From an uncultured Coriobacteriaceae bacterium (GTDB taxonomy: Bacteria; Actinomycetota; Coriobacteriia; Coriobacteriales; Eggerthellaceae), in contig CACXFZ010000138.1 of assembly GCA_902767025.1 (NCBI GenBank), forward strand, positions 1-28,128: a stretch of DNA of 28,128 bases, given 5' to 3'. The position numbers and the translations under genes were made by a program. Positions 25,617-28,128 of the stretch are shown piece by piece. How positions within the stretch are numbered: the stretch's first letter is position 1; the number at the start of each line of letters is the position of its first letter. Under the pieces are notes generated by a model. The model saw nothing but the letters and a program-made list of their open reading frames with translations, ran no database searches and was not told where the DNA came from.

Positions 25617-26555
25617 TTAGAGGGCGAATTCCTTCTCGCCGTTGAACACGGCCAGCGCGTCGTCGACGCTGTAGTCGGACAGCGTGATGGCGCTGATGGC
25701 CTTGGTCAGGCGCACGGCCTCGTCCAGGCTGCGCATGTGGATGTTGCGGCCCGTGGCGTTGCCGCAGGCGCCGCCGATGTGGATCTGGTCATGCAGGCTG
25801 GACAGGAAGTCCTTGGCGTCGGCCTTGCTGCCGCCGGCGCACACCAGGCCCGTGCGGCCCGCTGCCTGGCTGGCGATGGCGAGGTTTTCCGCGGAGGTCT
25901 TGCCGTCTGCCTCCTTGGGCGGGTTCACCTTCACGAAGTCGGCGCCCAGGCACAGGGCCACGCCGGCAGCACCGGCGATGAGCGCAGGATCCTTCTCGTC
26001 CTCGACGGCTTTGCCGCGCGGGTAGATCCACAGCACGACGACCAGGCCGTTGGCATGGGCCTCGGCGATCAGCTCGCCCGCTTCGGCCATCATCGTGGAC
26101 TCGTACTCGCTGCCCAGGTAGATGGTGTAGCCCAGGCCGACGATGTTGCACCCTGCCTCGCGCATGGCCAGCACGGCCTCGAGCTCGTGGAGCTGGGGCG
26201 AATAGGGATCGTCCTGCTTGGTCTTGACCAGGTTGGTCTTGGAGTTCATCTTCACCAGGTAGTTGATTTCGGGGTAGTCCGGCGCATAGCGCGCAATCAG
26301 GCCGCGCTGCCCTGCCAGGACGCCGCACACGCCCTGCGAGCCGATCTCGAACAGGTGCTCGGGGTCGTTGTCGGACGGGTCGATGCCCTCGCCGTAGAAG
26401 TCGCCGTTGAGGTGCTCGATCTTCTGGTCGCAGGCAAACAGCATCAGGCGGCCCGTTTCACGGGTGGCCTTCAGGTAGTTGTCGATATAGGTTTCGCGAG
26501 CCTCGGGCAGGACGTCTGCCGGAACCTTGACTTGGTCACGAGTGATGCTAGGCAT
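25617..26555 (-). CDS. Class I (DhnA-type) aldolase, probably fructose-bisphosphate aldolase
   Basis: LFACDQKIEH, GYTIYLGSEYE, LWIYPRG, LGADFVKVN Schiff-base Lys, ATGRNIH. Start refined to 26555 (RBS AAAGGAG). Confidence 0.85.
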   Translation of the reverse strand: MPSITRDQVKVPADVLPEARETYIDNYLKATRETGRLMLFACDQKIEHLNGDFYGEGIDPSDNDPEHLFEIGSQGVCGVLAGQRGLIARYAPDYPEINYLVKMNSKTNLVKTKQDDPYSPQLHELEAVLAMREAGCNIVGLGYTIYLGSEYESTMMAEAGELIAEAHANGLVVVLWIYPRGKAVEDEKDPALIAGAAGVALCLGADFVKVNPPKEADGKTSAENLAIASQAAGRTGLVCAGGSKADAKDFLSSLHDQIHIGGACGNATGRNIHMRSLDEAVRLTKAISAITLSDYSVDDALAVFNGEKEFAL

Positions 26556-26721
26556 GTGTTCTCCTTTCATGCTTCCCGTTGCAGGAAACTCGAATACCGT
26601 AGTAATACTACATTTTTTGGGGCGGAAATGCACTTGTTCCCGCACATTCCAAGGCCACATTACAAGACAGCCACACGGACGGCCGCACTGCAGGGAGCGT
26701 TTGGTGCTTCACAGCGCTCGC

Positions 26722-27186
26722 TCAGAACCATTCCTTGCGGTTGCAGACGTATTCTTGCGTGAACTGGCTTTGGCTCTTGACCAGGTAGATGATGCCCTCC
26801 ACGAAGCCGATGATGCCCATCACGCCGCCGGCCAGGCCCAGCGTGACCAGCGAGCCCAGGATGCTCACGCCCAGCATGATGAATCCCGCCGTGGTGTATC
26901 CCAGGTAGAACTTGTGGATGCCGAATCCGCCCAGGAAGATGCCCAGCAGGCCTGCCGCCACGTGGTCCTTCGACGACACGCACGGCTGCTGCGTGGGCGG
27001 ATTGGGAACGGTCTGGTTGGTGTTGCCCGGCACCTGCCAGGCCTGGGTCGGCGGCGCTTGGCCGTCCCAGTAGCGCTGCTTGGCCGAGGCGGCGTCTTGG
27101 GGAACGGGCGGCACCGACTGCTGCCAGTACTGCTGGCTGTGCTGCTCGTTGCCGCTGTTCGGGTTGTTGAAGTATTCGATGCCCAC
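26722..27186 (-). CDS. TM2-domain membrane protein with Gln/Pro-rich N-terminus
   Basis: KDHVAAGLLGIFLGGFGIHKFYLG TM2 motif. GTG start at 27186 with RBS GAAAGGA. Confidence 0.82.
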   Translation of the reverse strand: MGIEYFNNPNSGNEQHSQQYWQQSVPPVPQDAASAKQRYWDGQAPPTQAWQVPGNTNQTVPNPPTQQPCVSSKDHVAAGLLGIFLGGFGIHKFYLGYTTAGFIMLGVSILGSLVTLGLAGGVMGIIGFVEGIIYLVKSQSQFTQEYVCNRKEWF

Positions 27187-27274
27187 CTGCGTCCTTTCGC
27201 CTGCAGGATACAACGATAGGCAATCCGGTGCGGCCTGGGTAGGCGCACGGGTCATCTGTTGGCAGCTTGTTACG

Positions 27275-27832
27275 CTAGTTGAACTGCTGCTGGGTGGGCT
27301 CGAGCCCGCGCGCAATCAGCGATTCGACGGCGTCTGCCGCGACCGCACACGACACGGCCAGCTGTTCGGCGTCTTCCTTGCGCGGGCGCGCCAGCACGTA
27401 ATCGGCGGCATCCATGCGTCCCGGCGGGCGCCCGATGCCCACGCGCACGCGCAGCCAGTCGCGCGTCCCCAGCTTGTCGGCGATGGACTTCAGCCCGTTG
27501 TGCCCCGCGGACCCGCCGCCCAGCTTGGCCCGGATCCGGTCGGGATCGATGTCCAGGTCGTCATGGACCACGATCAGCTGCTCGGGCGAGATGCCGTAGG
27601 CGCCGCACAGGTGCTTGACCGGACCGCCCGACGTGTTCATGAACCCCTGGGGCTTGGCGAGCACGACATCGTCGTCGGCCACGACGATCTTGCACGTCAC
27701 GGCGCCGCACTCGCTTTTCCAGTAGCGCCCCCCATGACGTTCGGCCAGGATGTCGACAGCGTCGAATCCCGCGTTATGGCGTGTGTGCTCGTATTCCTGC
27801 CCCGGATTGCCCAGGCCCACGACTAAGTACAT
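27275..27832 (-). CDS. pth: Peptidyl-tRNA hydrolase
   Basis: MYLVVGLGNPG...TRHNAGF, KPQGFMNTSG, VVHDDLD, GGSAGHNGLKSI, RVRVGIGRP. RBS GAAAGGA. TATAAT at 27866-27861. Confidence 0.95.
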   Translation of the reverse strand: MYLVVGLGNPGQEYEHTRHNAGFDAVDILAERHGGRYWKSECGAVTCKIVVADDDVVLAKPQGFMNTSGGPVKHLCGAYGISPEQLIVVHDDLDIDPDRIRAKLGGGSAGHNGLKSIADKLGTRDWLRVRVGIGRPPGRMDAADYVLARPRKEDAEQLAVSCAVAADAVESLIARGLEPTQQQFN

Positions 27833-28128
27833 GGCTTCCTTCCGCTCAAGCTGACACCCCATTATACCCACGCAAAGCCGCAGCGGCAGGTCCAACAAAC
27901 CCACAGCCCCACCCCGCCCACAGGTTCCGCCAGGCGCGCGGCCAGCGAAGCGAAGCCGCGCCCGCAGGTCCAGGGATCCTGCAGCAACAGCCAACCCGGC
28001 AGGTCCCACAAAGAACGCGGGGAGTTATAGGAAGGCGGCCACAACAGCGAGAGGCGTCCAGGTGCCCCAGATCGGCGGGAAAGCCCGGCGACGCGTACTC
28101 CACGTACGCGAGCCGGGCTTGGAGCGCC

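Noticed and set aside
27885-28063. CRISPR array
   Set aside because: The repeats are too short, degenerate and irregularly spaced, and there are no cas genes.

Overview
A 28.1-kb, visibly GC-rich chromosomal window. It looks like an anaerobic Coriobacteriia (Eggerthellaceae-like) actinobacterium; this is inferred from gene content, not proven. Nearly all genes are on the minus strand. From left to right: a 152-bp element bounded by perfect 27-bp inverted repeats; galU preceded by a variant System I cytochrome c maturation operon (ccmE[CxxxY, tandem OB-fold]-ccmF-ccmA-ccmB-ccmC-ccmD); tRNA-Ala(CGC); a membrane protein; a polar amino-acid ABC transporter; a divergent orphan GroEL paralogue with a degenerate CIRCE; a selenocysteine formate dehydrogenase operon (alpha with in-frame UGA and SECIS, beta, gamma, fdhE); a mobB-mobA fusion; an L,D-transpeptidase; tRNA-Leu(CAA); an OmpR-family two-component pair divergent from a VTC-domain plus DUF4956 operon, with mirrored CiaR-like boxes between them; a class I aldolase; a TM2 protein; and pth. 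No integrase, transposase or CRISPR array is visible. The best leads are the two-component-controlled VTC/DUF4956 module, the specialised-looking GroEL next to the FDH locus, the 27-bp inverted-repeat element and the tandem CcmE. All family assignments come from motifs read by eye; no database searches were run.
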